Below are positions 20,973 through 30,255 of a stretch of 64,000 bases of DNA, piece after piece. Source of the DNA: an uncultured cyanobacterium. GTDB lineage: Bacteria > Cyanobacteriota > Cyanobacteriia > Pseudanabaenales > Pseudanabaenaceae. Each line of letters begins with the position of its first letter. Position 1 is the first letter of the stretch. The notes under the pieces were generated by a model that worked only from the letters and a program-made list of their open reading frames with translations, searched no databases and had not been told where the DNA came from. The translations under genes and the position numbers were made by a program. The stretch is from assembly GCA_963703315.1 (NCBI GenBank), contig OY969811.1:224001-288000 (forward strand). Direction: 5' to 3'.

Positions 20973-21926
20973 ATGAACTTAGAGACAACTCCTACAGAAA
21001 ATAATGTTAATTTGATTGAAGTTGAAGCAAATTTGGCTAAATCTGAGAGAATCGATCTCTTTTTAGCACAAAACCTCACTGACCTATCCCGATCGCGAAT
21101 CCAAGTATTAATTGATGAGGGCTATGTCACGGTTAATGATGTTCTTTGTCATAACAAAAAGGATTTAATTAAGGCAGGCGATCGTATTCAAGTAGTTACA
21201 CCAATTGCGACACCCTTAGACCTAATCGCCCAAGCAATTCCCTTAGATATTCTCTATGAAGATGAACATCTCATCGTGATTAATAAACCTGCGGGGCTAG
21301 TCGTCCATCCTGCCGCAGGTCATAGTGATGGAACTTTGGTAAATGCGCTCTTAGCTCACTGCACTGAGCTTTCAGGAATAAATGGAACTCAACGTCCAGG
21401 AATTGTGCATCGTTTGGATAAAGATACCAGTGGTGTGATGGTAGTCGCCAAAAACGATCGCGCCCATCAAGATTTACAAGCTCAAATTCAAGCCAAGACG
21501 GCAAGAAGAGAATATCTAGGAATCGTGCGGGGAGTTCCTAAAGGTGAATCAGGTGTAATAGATGCTGCGATTGATCGGCATAAGAGCGATCGCAAAAAAA
21601 TGGCAGTCATCGAGAATGGACGTAGAGCCGTTACCCATTGGCAAATCAAGGAACGTTTGGGAAATTACACCCTCGTTAAATTTGACTTAGAAACAGGGCG
21701 TACCCATCAAATTCGAGTGCATTCGGCATATATGGGCTGGGCGATCGCTGGCGATCCTGTCTATGGACATCCCAACAAAGAAGTTTCGCAATATCTAACG
21801 GGTCAAGCTCTCCATGCATGGCGACTGACATTTACGCATCCTGTCTCAGGCGAAATCATCGAGAACACTGCCCCATTGCCCGCAGGTTTTGAAAAGCTGC
21901 TAGCATTTCTACGCCGCCGCAGTTAA
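20973..21926 (+). CDS. rluD: RluA/RluD-family pseudouridine synthase
   Basis: S4 domain, NKPAGLVVHP, HRLDKDTSG, TGRTHQIRVH. Confidence 0.9.
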   Translation: MNLETTPTENNVNLIEVEANLAKSERIDLFLAQNLTDLSRSRIQVLIDEGYVTVNDVLCHNKKDLIKAGDRIQVVTPIATPLDLIAQAIPLDILYEDEHLIVINKPAGLVVHPAAGHSDGTLVNALLAHCTELSGINGTQRPGIVHRLDKDTSGVMVVAKNDRAHQDLQAQIQAKTARREYLGIVRGVPKGESGVIDAAIDRHKSDRKKMAVIENGRRAVTHWQIKERLGNYTLVKFDLETGRTHQIRVHSAYMGWAIAGDPVYGHPNKEVSQYLTGQALHAWRLTFTHPVSGEIIENTAPLPAGFEKLLAFLRRRS

Positions 21927-21978
21927 ACAAAATCAAGAAGCAAGTGGTGGCGCATAGCGCCACCACTTGCTTTTTGTT

Positions 21979-22518
21979 TTAAAGATTAGATAAAGCGCCA
22001 CGCGCCCCATCGCGGGAAACCTTCAGATATTCCGTATTCACCCCTGATTCGCGGGTAAGCGAAACTTTACCAGTACGCGCAATTTCGCGAATGCCAAACT
22101 TGTTTAACATCTTTAAGATTGCCACCATCTTCCCAGGGTCACCCACTACCTCAATGGTCAAGAAATCATCAGCTACGTCAACGATACGGGCGCGAAAAAT
22201 CTGAGATATTTCAATAATTTCCGATCGCACATTTGGGGCAGCATTTACCTTGACGAGCATCAACTCGCGCTCAACACAGGGAATATCGGTAAAATCGAGA
22301 ATCGTGATCACATTAATCAACTTATGTAATTGCTTAGTGATCTGCTCAATCGTGTGATCATCACCTGAGACAACCATCGTAATGCGCGTAAATCCGTCTT
22401 GCTCGGCAGTACCGACCGCAAGGCTCTCGATATTAAAACCTCGGCGGGCGAACAAGCTAGCAATGCGGGTCAGCACGCCTGCCTCATCTTGGACGACAAC
22501 GGAGAGAGTATGTTTCAT
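21979..22518 (-). CDS. ilvN: Acetolactate synthase small subunit
   Basis: [27 protein letters not shown]. Confidence 0.96.
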   Translation of the reverse strand: MKHTLSVVVQDEAGVLTRIASLFARRGFNIESLAVGTAEQDGFTRITMVVSGDDHTIEQITKQLHKLINVITILDFTDIPCVERELMLVKVNAAPNVRSEIIEISQIFRARIVDVADDFLTIEVVGDPGKMVAILKMLNKFGIREIARTGKVSLTRESGVNTEYLKVSRDGARGALSNL

Positions 22519-22694
22519 GACAAATTCGGCAAATAAACAGCACAGTAGACTATATTAATGACTTTGGTTACCTTATTGCGCTTATCAAGCTACATATTGA
22601 TAACGATTAAGGTGCTTAGTTTCTAAAACTATTTTCCAAACTAAGTGGGGCGCTTTGCGCCCTTGCTTAGTCAATCTATCCCAACATCAACACT

Positions 22695-23558
22695 ATGACT
22701 GCTCAGTTTCATCATGTTCCCGTGCTTGCCGAGCCAACGATCGCTGGCTTAGAAATCGTTGCAGGGGGTATATATCTCGATTGCACTGTGGGGGGCGGCG
22801 GACATAGTGCTTTGATTTTGCAACGTGCGGATAATGTGCGCTTAGTGGCGATTGATCGTGATGAGATGGCGATCGCTGCTGCCAGTGAAAAATTAGCAGA
22901 TCATCAAGATCGAGTCACTTTTTGGCGGGGTAATTTTTGTGAATATCAACCTGCCCCCGATTTGAAATTTGATGGCATCCTTGCTGACTTGGGTGTAAGT
23001 TCAACTCAATTTGATGTGGCTGAGCGGGGCTTTAGTTTTCGAGAGTCAGGTGATCTCGATATGCGAATGGATAATCGTCAAACCCTCACCGCCGCCGAAA
23101 TTATCAATCACTACAAAGAAGTAGAACTAGCAGATATCTTTTTTAAACTTGGTGAAGAGAGACTTTCACGACGGATTGCCCGTCAAATTGTTGAAAAGCG
23201 TCCCTTTAAAACCACCTTAGAACTGGCGAATGCGATCGCTGCCTGTGTTCCTGCTAGTTATCGTCATGGCAGAATCCATCCCGCAACGCGAACCTTTCAA
23301 GCCCTACGCATTGCCGTTAACCGCGAATTAGAGAGTCTCGAAAAGTGGCTAGCCGTTGCTCCCAATTGGCTCAAGGTCGGCGGTAAAGTTGCCGTGATCA
23401 CCTTCCATAGTCTTGAAGATCGGATTGTCAAACATACCTTTCGTGAAGACGATCGCTTACAAGTTCTCACCAAAAAGGTCATTATCGCGACTGATGAAGA
23501 AATTCGTGCTAATCCCAGAGCGCGATCGGCAAAGCTACGGATTGCCCAAAGGATATAG
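22695..23558 (+). CDS. rsmH: 16S rRNA m4C1402 methyltransferase
   Basis: [46 protein letters not shown]. Confidence 0.97.
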   Translation: MTAQFHHVPVLAEPTIAGLEIVAGGIYLDCTVGGGGHSALILQRADNVRLVAIDRDEMAIAAASEKLADHQDRVTFWRGNFCEYQPAPDLKFDGILADLGVSSTQFDVAERGFSFRESGDLDMRMDNRQTLTAAEIINHYKEVELADIFFKLGEERLSRRIARQIVEKRPFKTTLELANAIAACVPASYRHGRIHPATRTFQALRIAVNRELESLEKWLAVAPNWLKVGGKVAVITFHSLEDRIVKHTFREDDRLQVLTKKVIIATDEEIRANPRARSAKLRIAQRI

Positions 23559-23565
23559 AGTAATA

Positions 23566-23635
23566 CTATTAAAAAGCAAACCCCGTAAGGGTTTGCAAAA
23601 CTAAAAATGGCTACGCCATTTTTAGTTTTGGTATA
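23566..23635. repeat. Dispersed palindromic repeat family B
   Basis: 40-mer CAAAACTAAAAATGGCTACGCCATTTTTAGTTTTGGTATA identical at 23596 and 42285. Confidence 0.85.
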
Positions 23636-23657
23636 AGGTCTTCCCATCGGTCTAGAT

Positions 23658-24350
23658 TTAAATGACTTTAGGTAACTCAATACCAATCTTGCTAATAATC
23701 TCCATAACGTTGTTTGCAAAATCAGTCATACCCGCAATGCCAGTAAATGTTACTGTTGCTGCTGTTGCTAAGGCTAACAGGCGTTTTTTGAGTGTGGGCT
23801 GATGTGGTTGTGGTTTTTTGATTTCTTGTTCTATCGCTTCAACATCAATGATCAAATCTTCGCGAACATCATCAGGAAATTGCAGTGCAGTTTGTCTCAA
23901 GTTTTGAATGAGTTGAAGTACATCAGCTATATTTGCACCGCTTGTTTGATTGAAGTGAGAGGCTTGTTGACGAGCGTTGTCTTTGACTTCATTAGCAAAG
24001 TTAGTAATGTTTGCACCTTGCAGATTGTTATTAAATTGCTTGTCGATTTTGTCACGCATGACTTTATCACCTGCGATGTTGTCTCCTGAGCCGTATTGAT
24101 GAATGTTGTTGGACATTGGTTTGTAATGGAGTTTGAGGAGTTGACTGGCTGGTAGGGCTTGCGTGGCGTAAGTTTGACCGTCATCATCGCTAAATTCGAC
24201 TTCGTAGACTTCAGGGGCAAGGATTTCGACGATGGTTCCGACTTGTCCTGCTAGTAAGCGATTTTTGGGTAGGTCGCTTTTTAGGGCAACGATATCGAAT
24301 AGATTGAGTTTGGTTAGGGTGAGCATTGGCTTTACCTCAAGATATAACAA
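23658..24350 (-). CDS. DUF4926 domain fused to a low-complexity/helical C-terminal module
   Basis: FDIVAL...GQVGTIVE...YEVEFSDDDGQTYA, then MSNNIHQYGSGDNIAGDKV; start may be ATG 24326. Confidence 0.75.
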   Translation of the reverse strand: MLYLEVKPMLTLTKLNLFDIVALKSDLPKNRLLAGQVGTIVEILAPEVYEVEFSDDDGQTYATQALPASQLLKLHYKPMSNNIHQYGSGDNIAGDKVMRDKIDKQFNNNLQGANITNFANEVKDNARQQASHFNQTSGANIADVLQLIQNLRQTALQFPDDVREDLIIDVEAIEQEIKKPQPHQPTLKKRLLALATAATVTFTGIAGMTDFANNVMEIISKIGIELPKVI

Positions 24351-24673
24351 CTAACGAGACGGGGGAACTCTTCATCGGGACGGATGATCCAAGTAGTGCG
24401 GACGTTGGCGGTGTTTTGGTTGCGGGTGATGGGGAAATCGACGATGTAGCGTTGACCATATTGATCGGACTGGCTAGGAATGGCTTCATAGTTCTGAATT
24501 GCTTCTATGATAAGAGTTTGCAGAATTTCGACATCGTTTTCATTTCTACCTAAATCTAGGATAGCGGCAAATAATCTGGCTTTGTGTTTTCCGCGATCAT
24601 GTTGGGTGTTGAGGCTGTAGTTCCAGAGTTTGTTGCGATCAATAAACGCTAAATCAAGGTTTGGTAGCTTCAT
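24332..24673 (-). CDS. DUF6883-family protein (usual DUF4926 partner)
   Basis: KLWNYSLN..H..GKHKARLF, YGQRY, VRTTWII...PRLVSCY. Confidence 0.75.
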   Translation of the reverse strand: MKLPNLDLAFIDRNKLWNYSLNTQHDRGKHKARLFAAILDLGRNENDVEILQTLIIEAIQNYEAIPSQSDQYGQRYIVDFPITRNQNTANVRTTWIIRPDEEFPRLVSCYILR

Positions 24674-25565
24674 CCTATTTTGTCACGTCTGACAAGATCA
24701 CCAGCAACATTATCATTGTTTCCATTTTGATTAATAGTTTTAGAATGCCTATTGTCATTAATTTTAACGGAAATATTGTAAGGACTATCTTCTGTAACTT
24801 CGACATCTAAGCCAGTCTGAGTTCTTTGCCGTATGCTGATGTCTTCATAGCCATCTAAAAGTTGCCGCAAATCAATCTTTTTTCTTAGTTGTGGAATGGG
24901 TACAGTAGATTCACCCATACCTTCCAAGCTCAAAAGCTCTTGATAGCTTAACGGCTTAAGGTCAGGATGATTTGGGACAGGAACCCATTCAGTGACTTCG
25001 GCGTTAACTGACTTATGGATTTTTTTGAAGGTATCACGGATAGTTTTTAAGAAAGAGCGACGGGTTTTCTCTCTGCCACTAATAGTAATAAAGATTTTTT
25101 TATCTTTAAGTTCAACTCTAATACGGGCAATATTTAAGACTTCGCCATTTTCTTTATCTTCTAGCATTACACCATTACGCCAGTATGTGTGGTTATGGAT
25201 ATAGTCGCTGGCAAGAGAGATAAAATGGGAAATGAGACTATCAGGTAAAACGTGGTAATGGTATTGAAATTCGAGAGTACCGCCTTGAAGTCTCATATCT
25301 TCTGGCTCATCTTTTGGCAAAATAGCAGGTATAAGAAATTGCAGCGGGTGACAATTGATTGCAACGCAGAATCCAAATTCTTTCATTAAATCAATTAGTG
25401 CAGTATATCTATCTCTAGGATAACTTAATGGATCTAGGAGGCGACTGAGATCTTCAAAAGTAAAAATTGCTTTTGTGTTGATGCTTTCATCATTAAGTAG
25501 GGATTCTCTAGCTTCACTAATCCAGTTTTGATTACGGAGATAATTAAAGATTCTTTTGGCATCTT
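24670..25565 (-). pseudogene. COR domain C-terminal part of a Roco-type protein; frameshifted continuation of the LRR gene
   Basis: LMKEFGFC, LIPAILP, FQYHY..LP, YWRNGV, RRSFLKTIRDTF; no independent start evident. Confidence 0.75.
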
Positions 25566-26578
25566 TTAGAGTCAAGAATATCTGGCGGAACTTTTGCAAT
25601 CTGATTTTCAGATAGATCAAGATAGGAGAGTTTCTTCAATTCAAAAAGTGCTTCAGGGATATCCTTTATTTGGTTAGAATGAAGATCAAGCCTCGTCAAC
25701 TCTTCTAAGCTGGCTATATCAAGGGGAATGCTACTAATTTGATTTTTTGATAGATTAAGTATTTGTAGTTTTTTAAGTTTTGAGATAGTATCTGGAATAT
25801 TTACAATCTGGTTATTACTAAGATCAAGCTCTTGTAAGCTAGAAAGTTTACCAATCTCATCAGGAATCTCACTAATTTGATTGAGAGAGAGCCAGAGCCT
25901 TTTAAGCGTCTCTAGCTGAGAGATAGATTTAGGAATCTTACGAATATGATTACTAAAAAGGGTAAGGTCTTCAAGCTTAGGTATATGACAAACTGCTTCT
26001 GGAATTTCGCGAATCTGGTTACAGTACAACGATAGTGTCTTAAGGTCAGTCATTTGAGAAATTGAGCTTGGAATTTCACGAATCTCGTTGCTATGAAGGG
26101 AAAGATGACCAAGTTTTTTAAGTTGACTAATTTCACTGGGGATCTCGCGAATTTGATTGTTCTCGAGACGTAACCGCTTTAAACTCGATATTTTCATAAT
26201 TGAAATTGGTATTACAACAATGTGATTTCTCGACAAATCAATTTCTTCAAGATTTTCTAACTGTGCAATTGAATCAGAAATCTTAGATATTTTATTGCCC
26301 CATAACGAAAGTTCTTTAAGATTGACAAGTTTACCGAAAGCGTCAGGAATTTCACTGATTTGATTATTTGAAAGAGAAAGATCTTCAAGGCTAAAGAGAT
26401 TAGTAACTGCTTCTGGAAATTCTGTTATCTGATTATTAGACAGAAAAATCCTTTTCAGGTAAGTAAGTTGAGATATCTCTGGCGGAACTGTTTTGAACCC
26501 CATATTTGAGAGATCTAACACGGTTGCCTTTTCTTGCTTTGCCTGTGCGATTATTGCCAATAACTCTGCATCTTTCAT
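25544..26578 (-). CDS. Leucine-rich repeat protein (N-terminal part of a frameshifted LRR-COR gene)
   Basis: About 13-14 repeats of 23 aa LxxLxLxxNQIxEIPxxI; cap MKDAELLAIIAQA. Confidence 0.9.
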   Translation of the reverse strand: MKDAELLAIIAQAKQEKATVLDLSNMGFKTVPPEISQLTYLKRIFLSNNQITEFPEAVTNLFSLEDLSLSNNQISEIPDAFGKLVNLKELSLWGNKISKISDSIAQLENLEEIDLSRNHIVVIPISIMKISSLKRLRLENNQIREIPSEISQLKKLGHLSLHSNEIREIPSSISQMTDLKTLSLYCNQIREIPEAVCHIPKLEDLTLFSNHIRKIPKSISQLETLKRLWLSLNQISEIPDEIGKLSSLQELDLSNNQIVNIPDTISKLKKLQILNLSKNQISSIPLDIASLEELTRLDLHSNQIKDIPEALFELKKLSYLDLSENQIAKVPPDILDSKRCQKNL

Positions 26579-26662
26579 AAGGAAAAAATAAAAAGGAAAA
26601 AAATTTGGTTTTGATGTTCTTGACTAAATTTATAGTGGTTATTGCTCAAAAATGTAAAAGGT

Positions 26663-26998
26663 TTATAAATACTCGATTTTCCCCTTCATTTCATCAGCTA
26701 ACGCAACCTCATAAAGCAAGATCAACAATCGGATAATCTGACCTGTAGATCTTGCCTCTTTACGACAATAGGTAATTCCATAATGCTCACAGCCACGATG
26801 CGTCAAAACTAACAAATCATCATCATGGGTAAGCAGAACCCTCTTCTCGGCATTCGCAAACACCAAATGCTCCATATCACTCTTGCCAATCAAACCTACA
26901 TTGCGTGGAATAGTTACATCAATTCCAGCACGTCTTAGTCCCTGAGCGATCGCAAAGCTGACGTTCTCATCAAGATGGTAACGAATTCGTTCTGACAT
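26663..26998 (-). CDS. DUF5615 PIN-like toxin (VapC45-like)
   Basis: YHLDENV, GIDV, SDMEHL, RVLLTHDDDL, HYGI. Confidence 0.85.
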   Translation of the reverse strand: MSERIRYHLDENVSFAIAQGLRRAGIDVTIPRNVGLIGKSDMEHLVFANAEKRVLLTHDDDLLVLTHRGCEHYGITYCRKEARSTGQIIRLLILLYEVALADEMKGKIEYL

Positions 26999-27302
26999 CC
27001 TTTAACACCCTAATTTTTTCTTGCAAAAGAGAAGGATAAAGAGGACGTAGCGAATCAGCTAATGCTTCTGAAGCCTGAATACTCTCATCGATCGCCACTT
27101 TGTTATCATAATAAAATGACATCGCCGCATACACTTCCGACAAAGTGAGATCGTACTCCACCGCCACCTCTTCAAGCGATTGTCCTAAGCGTAAATAAGC
27201 GATCGCCACATCTGCAACCGTAATGCGTCTACCAGCAATGCGCGGCTTACCACCACGAATATCAGGCGTAATCTCAATATAGCGATCGAGTGTAACTTTC
27301 AT
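26970..27302 (-). CDS. DUF433 antitoxin (copy 1)
   Basis: TPDIRGGKPRIAGRRITV, EVYAAMSFYYDN. Confidence 0.9.
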   Translation of the reverse strand: MKVTLDRYIEITPDIRGGKPRIAGRRITVADVAIAYLRLGQSLEEVAVEYDLTLSEVYAAMSFYYDNKVAIDESIQASEALADSLRPLYPSLLQEKIRVLKDVRTNSLPS

Positions 27303-27374
27303 TATGTTCTCTGATGCTGATTTTCTAGTATTTTACAAGGTTTTTAGGCAGGCGATCGCGTTGCCAAGAAAAAA

Positions 27375-27686
27375 CTAGAAAGTAATGATTTCTAAGCCGC
27401 GATTTTTGACTAGATGTAACAACTTTAGCGCAGTTCCACTTGGTCGCTTCTGCCCGATCTCCCACTTCTGCACCGTTGACACACTCGTATTTAGCAAAGA
27501 AGCAAACACCGCCTGACTCACTCGACAGGCTTCTCGAATTTGCCTAATTTGCTCAGGCTCTAACGGTTCCACTGGCGGCAAACACAAGCGATCAAATTCG
27601 CGTAAAGTAACTAGATCCATTACACCAGCCTGATGTAGCCCCTGAGCAGTTTCATGCACCGCTTCAAGAATTGCTGATTTTTTCAT
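27375..27686 (-). CDS. HigA-type HTH XRE antitoxin
   Basis: IRQIRE...SQAVFA.LLNTSVSTVQKWEIGQKRPSG. Confidence 0.9.
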   Translation of the reverse strand: MKKSAILEAVHETAQGLHQAGVMDLVTLREFDRLCLPPVEPLEPEQIRQIREACRVSQAVFASLLNTSVSTVQKWEIGQKRPSGTALKLLHLVKNRGLEIITF

Positions 27687-27992
27687 CGCAAAGTACCTCT
27701 ATTAATTCATCATTACGCTGAGCCATAGCCAGATCCTCTACTGATAAAGCCAGAAGATGATTAGACAATATTTGCTCAGGCTCTAACGGTTCCACTGGCG
27801 GCAAACACAAGCGATCAAATTCGCGTAAAGTAACTAGATCCATTACACCAGCCTGATGTAGCCCCTGAGCAGTTTCATGCACCGCTTCAAGAATTGCTGA
27901 TTTTTTCATCGCAAAGTACCTCTATTAATTCATCATTACGCTGAGCCATAGCCAGATCCTCTACTGATAAAGCCAGAAGATGATTAGACAAT
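27547..27992. repeat. Exact 223-bp tandem duplication across the higB/higA junction
   Basis: 27547-27769 is identical to 27770-27992. Confidence 0.92.
27664..27909 (-). CDS. Chimeric ORF: antitoxin N-terminus fused to toxin C-terminus
   Basis: First 48 aa match HigA, last 33 aa match the RelE/HigB C-terminus. Confidence 0.6.
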   Translation of the reverse strand: MKKSAILEAVHETAQGLHQAGVMDLVTLREFDRLCLPPVEPLEPEQILSNHLLALSVEDLAMAQRNDELIEVLCDEKISNS

Positions 27993-28276
27993 TTCTTCAA
28001 AGCTTCCTCTTCCTGTTTATTAATATTGCCGCGATCGCTCTTCGCAAAACCAAATACAAAAATCCAGCGATCGCCTCTATTTGTAGCAACTAATGTCCGA
28101 AAACCTCCACTTTTACCCTGTCCAATTCTTGCAACTCGTTTTTTGACTAATCCACCACCCAGATCAGCCTCATATAGCCCTTCCATCATTTCTCGCACAG
28201 CTAAACATAGACTAAGATTATTTAGTCCTTGCTTCCGCGCCCAACGCTCAAACCAACGAGTCTTGTAGATACTCAT
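27887..28276 (-). CDS. RelE/ParE-family (HigB-like) toxin
   Basis: KTRWFERWA, ADLGGGLVKKRVAR.GQGKSGGFRT, FGFAKSDRGNI. Confidence 0.9.
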   Translation of the reverse strand: MSIYKTRWFERWARKQGLNNLSLCLAVREMMEGLYEADLGGGLVKKRVARIGQGKSGGFRTLVATNRGDRWIFVFGFAKSDRGNINKQEEEALKKLSNHLLALSVEDLAMAQRNDELIEVLCDEKISNS

Positions 28277-28285
28277 TACTTTACT

Positions 28286-28302
28286 ATAGCACTAAGTGCT
28301 AT
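28286..28302. promoter_or_regulatory. Putative HigA operator
   Basis: ATAGCACT-A-AGTGCTAT palindrome about 10 nt upstream of the toxin start. Confidence 0.65.
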
Positions 28303-28367
28303 GTATTTTGCAGCCGTCCAATTTTCCTCGACAATTTAAATTTAGAAGTCAAAATCAGCTTTCTCAT
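28299..28367 (-). pseudogene. Truncated YafQ/RelE-like toxin remnant
   Basis: ATGA-coupled ORF MRKLILTSKFK then unrelated sequence, 22 aa in total. Confidence 0.5.
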
Positions 28368-28594
28368 GCATCCACAGAACTTTCCAAATAACTACGCATA
28401 TCAGCGATCGCTTCCTCCGCAGTCTGAGCCTTTAAACCACCAGAGCGATACTCAGTCAAACCCTCACGACATTCTTCTAGAATTTGCCTCCTTCTCACCT
28501 CAGCATTCCGTTTCTTAAGAATATCAATTAACATTTCCTGCTGATCGATTGACAACTGACTAACCGCATCAAGCGCACTTTCAAACGTAATCAT
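28364..28594 (-). CDS. Putative antitoxin (small helical protein of the kind found upstream of YafQ-like toxins)
   Basis: FESALDAVSQLSIDQQEMLIDIL...RRRQI...EYRSG. Confidence 0.65.
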   Translation of the reverse strand: MITFESALDAVSQLSIDQQEMLIDILKKRNAEVRRRQILEECREGLTEYRSGGLKAQTAEEAIADMRSYLESSVDA

Positions 28595-28884
28595 AATTCA
28601 CCTTGTAAAAGAGAAGGATAAATCGGACGTAGCGAATCCGCAAATGTCTCTGAAGCTTGAATGCTCTCATCGATCGCCACCTTGTTATCATAATAAAATG
28701 ACATCGCCGCATACACTTCCGACAAAGTGAGGTCATACTCTGCCGCCACCTCTTCAAGCGATTGCCCCAAGCGTAAATAAGCGATCGCCACATCTGCAAC
28801 CGTAATGCGTCTACCAGCAATGCGCGGCTTACCACCACGAATATCAGGCGTAATCTCAATATAGCGATCGAGTGTAACTTTCAT
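28591..28884 (-). CDS. DUF433 antitoxin (copy 2, C-terminally altered)
   Basis: Near-identical to 26970-27302, offset 1582 bp. Confidence 0.85.
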   Translation of the reverse strand: MKVTLDRYIEITPDIRGGKPRIAGRRITVADVAIAYLRLGQSLEEVAAEYDLTLSEVYAAMSFYYDNKVAIDESIQASETFADSLRPIYPSLLQGEL

Positions 28885-28992
28885 TATGTTCTCTGATGCC
28901 GATTTTCTAGTATTTTACAATCTTTTTAGTCTAGGGCACTGGTCATTGAATTAGTGGTATGAGAAAATAGAGGCAGAGGAAAGGAGAAAGCT

Positions 28993-29397
28993 ATGGAATG
29001 CCCCCACTGCCAGAGCCAAAAGATCATCAAAAATGGCAAACATCATCACCAAGATGGCAAAGCTATCCAGAACTATTTGTGTAAAGGATGCGGCAAGAGA
29101 TTTAGTGAAAGGACAGGAACGCCAATGTCAAGGCTGAGAACACCAGCGAGTGTCGTATCCTTAGCGCTAAAGATGAGGAGTGAAGGGATGGGAATCAGAG
29201 CCAGTGGCAGAGTCCTCGAAAAATCCCATGTCAGCATCATGAGATGGGAGCAAAAATTGGCAACCCAGTCACAGCAATGGAGTCCAGATGCCCCAGCAGG
29301 AGGAGATATAACAGTCGAGGGAGATGAGGTTTACACTCGCGTAGGCGAGAACCTTCCCCCCCTCAAAGTCAAAAGGATGGACAGTGACATTCATTGA
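28993..29397 (+). CDS. IS1-family transposase N-terminal part (Zn ribbon, HTH)
   Basis: CPHC...KNG...YLCKGC, EGMGIRASGRVL, VEGDEVYT. Confidence 0.85.
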   Translation: MECPHCQSQKIIKNGKHHHQDGKAIQNYLCKGCGKRFSERTGTPMSRLRTPASVVSLALKMRSEGMGIRASGRVLEKSHVSIMRWEQKLATQSQQWSPDAPAGGDITVEGDEVYTRVGENLPPLKVKRMDSDIH

Positions 29398-29989
29398 GCG
29401 TAAGAGTCGCTATTGGATTGAGGCAAGGGTAGGACTCAAAACCACTGAATTATTTACTAAAGCAACCAAAACAGCATGGCAATGGGCAAAGGCAAGTCAA
29501 TACATCCGATGGTTTACCGATGGCGAAAGACGCTATGCCCAACAACTATGGCAAATGGCAAGTGTGCGCCTCAAATCCACTGAAGTAAGTCGTGAGTATA
29601 GACATCGCAAGGTATGGCGACATGGCTTAGAAGTTGCGATCAAAATTAAAAGTTCACAGGGAAATCGTCGGGTCGAATGGCTCAAACCTGAGCATCCCTA
29701 TACGGCTATTAGCGACAAGTGTGACATTCATGCCAATCACAATGAAGCTAACAACAGTGCTTTGAGAAGGAGATGTAGTGCTTATCGTCGCAGACAAAAC
29801 CTATATGCGAAGAATACCGAAGGATTACAACGAGCAGTCACTGTGCAAAGATTAGTTCACAACTGGGTGAGACCTCATGTGGGCTTAGGGAAGAATAAGA
29901 CTCCAGTTATGGCGATCGGGCTATATCATCGACCGCTTTCCATGCTGGAGTTGCTTTCACTACGAGGCTTTCACTCCCTCACGATTTAA
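29363..29989 (+). CDS. IS1-family transposase C-terminal (DDE) part, joined by frameshift at a C7 run
   Basis: SKGWTVTFIERKSRYW, WFTDGER, NHNEANNSALRRR, HNWVRPH. Confidence 0.8.
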   Translation, partial: SKSKGWTVTFIERKSRYWIEARVGLKTTELFTKATKTAWQWAKASQYIRWFTDGERRYAQQLWQMASVRLKSTEVSREYRHRKVWRHGLEVAIKIKSSQGNRRVEWLKPEHPYTAISDKCDIHANHNEANNSALRRRCSAYRRRQNLYAKNTEGLQRAVTVQRLVHNWVRPHVGLGKNKTPVMAIGLYHRPLSMLELLSLRGFHSLTI

Positions 29990-30005
29990 CTGACCAGTGC
30001 CTAGT

Positions 30006-30224
30006 CTAGCGATCGTCAACATCACCTTCAACAGCCCCTTCCCATTTTTTGAGTAAATCGCGAGGAGAAACTTGAGTTTTTTTGGCAATTGGGCTTTCAG
30101 ATTTTTGGTTAACTTGGCGATCGCCCAACTCAAACGAGAGGAATTCAATAAATCGCAAGACTTGTTGCTGTTGCTCAGTTGGTAATTTCTGCATTTTACT
30201 CACAGCATTTTCTAACACCGTCAT
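30006..30224 (-). CDS. DUF2281-like small protein (putative antitoxin)
   Basis: KLPTEQQQQVLRFIEFL. Confidence 0.65.
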   Translation of the reverse strand: MTVLENAVSKMQKLPTEQQQQVLRFIEFLSFELGDRQVNQKSESPIAKKTQVSPRDLLKKWEGAVEGDVDDR

Positions 30225-30255
30225 TCGCTGAATCCTCCTGCATACTTAATCTAGT

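Larger units (their letters stand above)
28935..30001 (+). mobile_element. IS1-family insertion sequence, 1067 bp
   Basis: Terminal IR GGCACTGGTCA...TGACCAGTGCC; 8-bp target duplication TAGTCTAG at 28927-28934 and 30002-30009. Confidence 0.92.
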
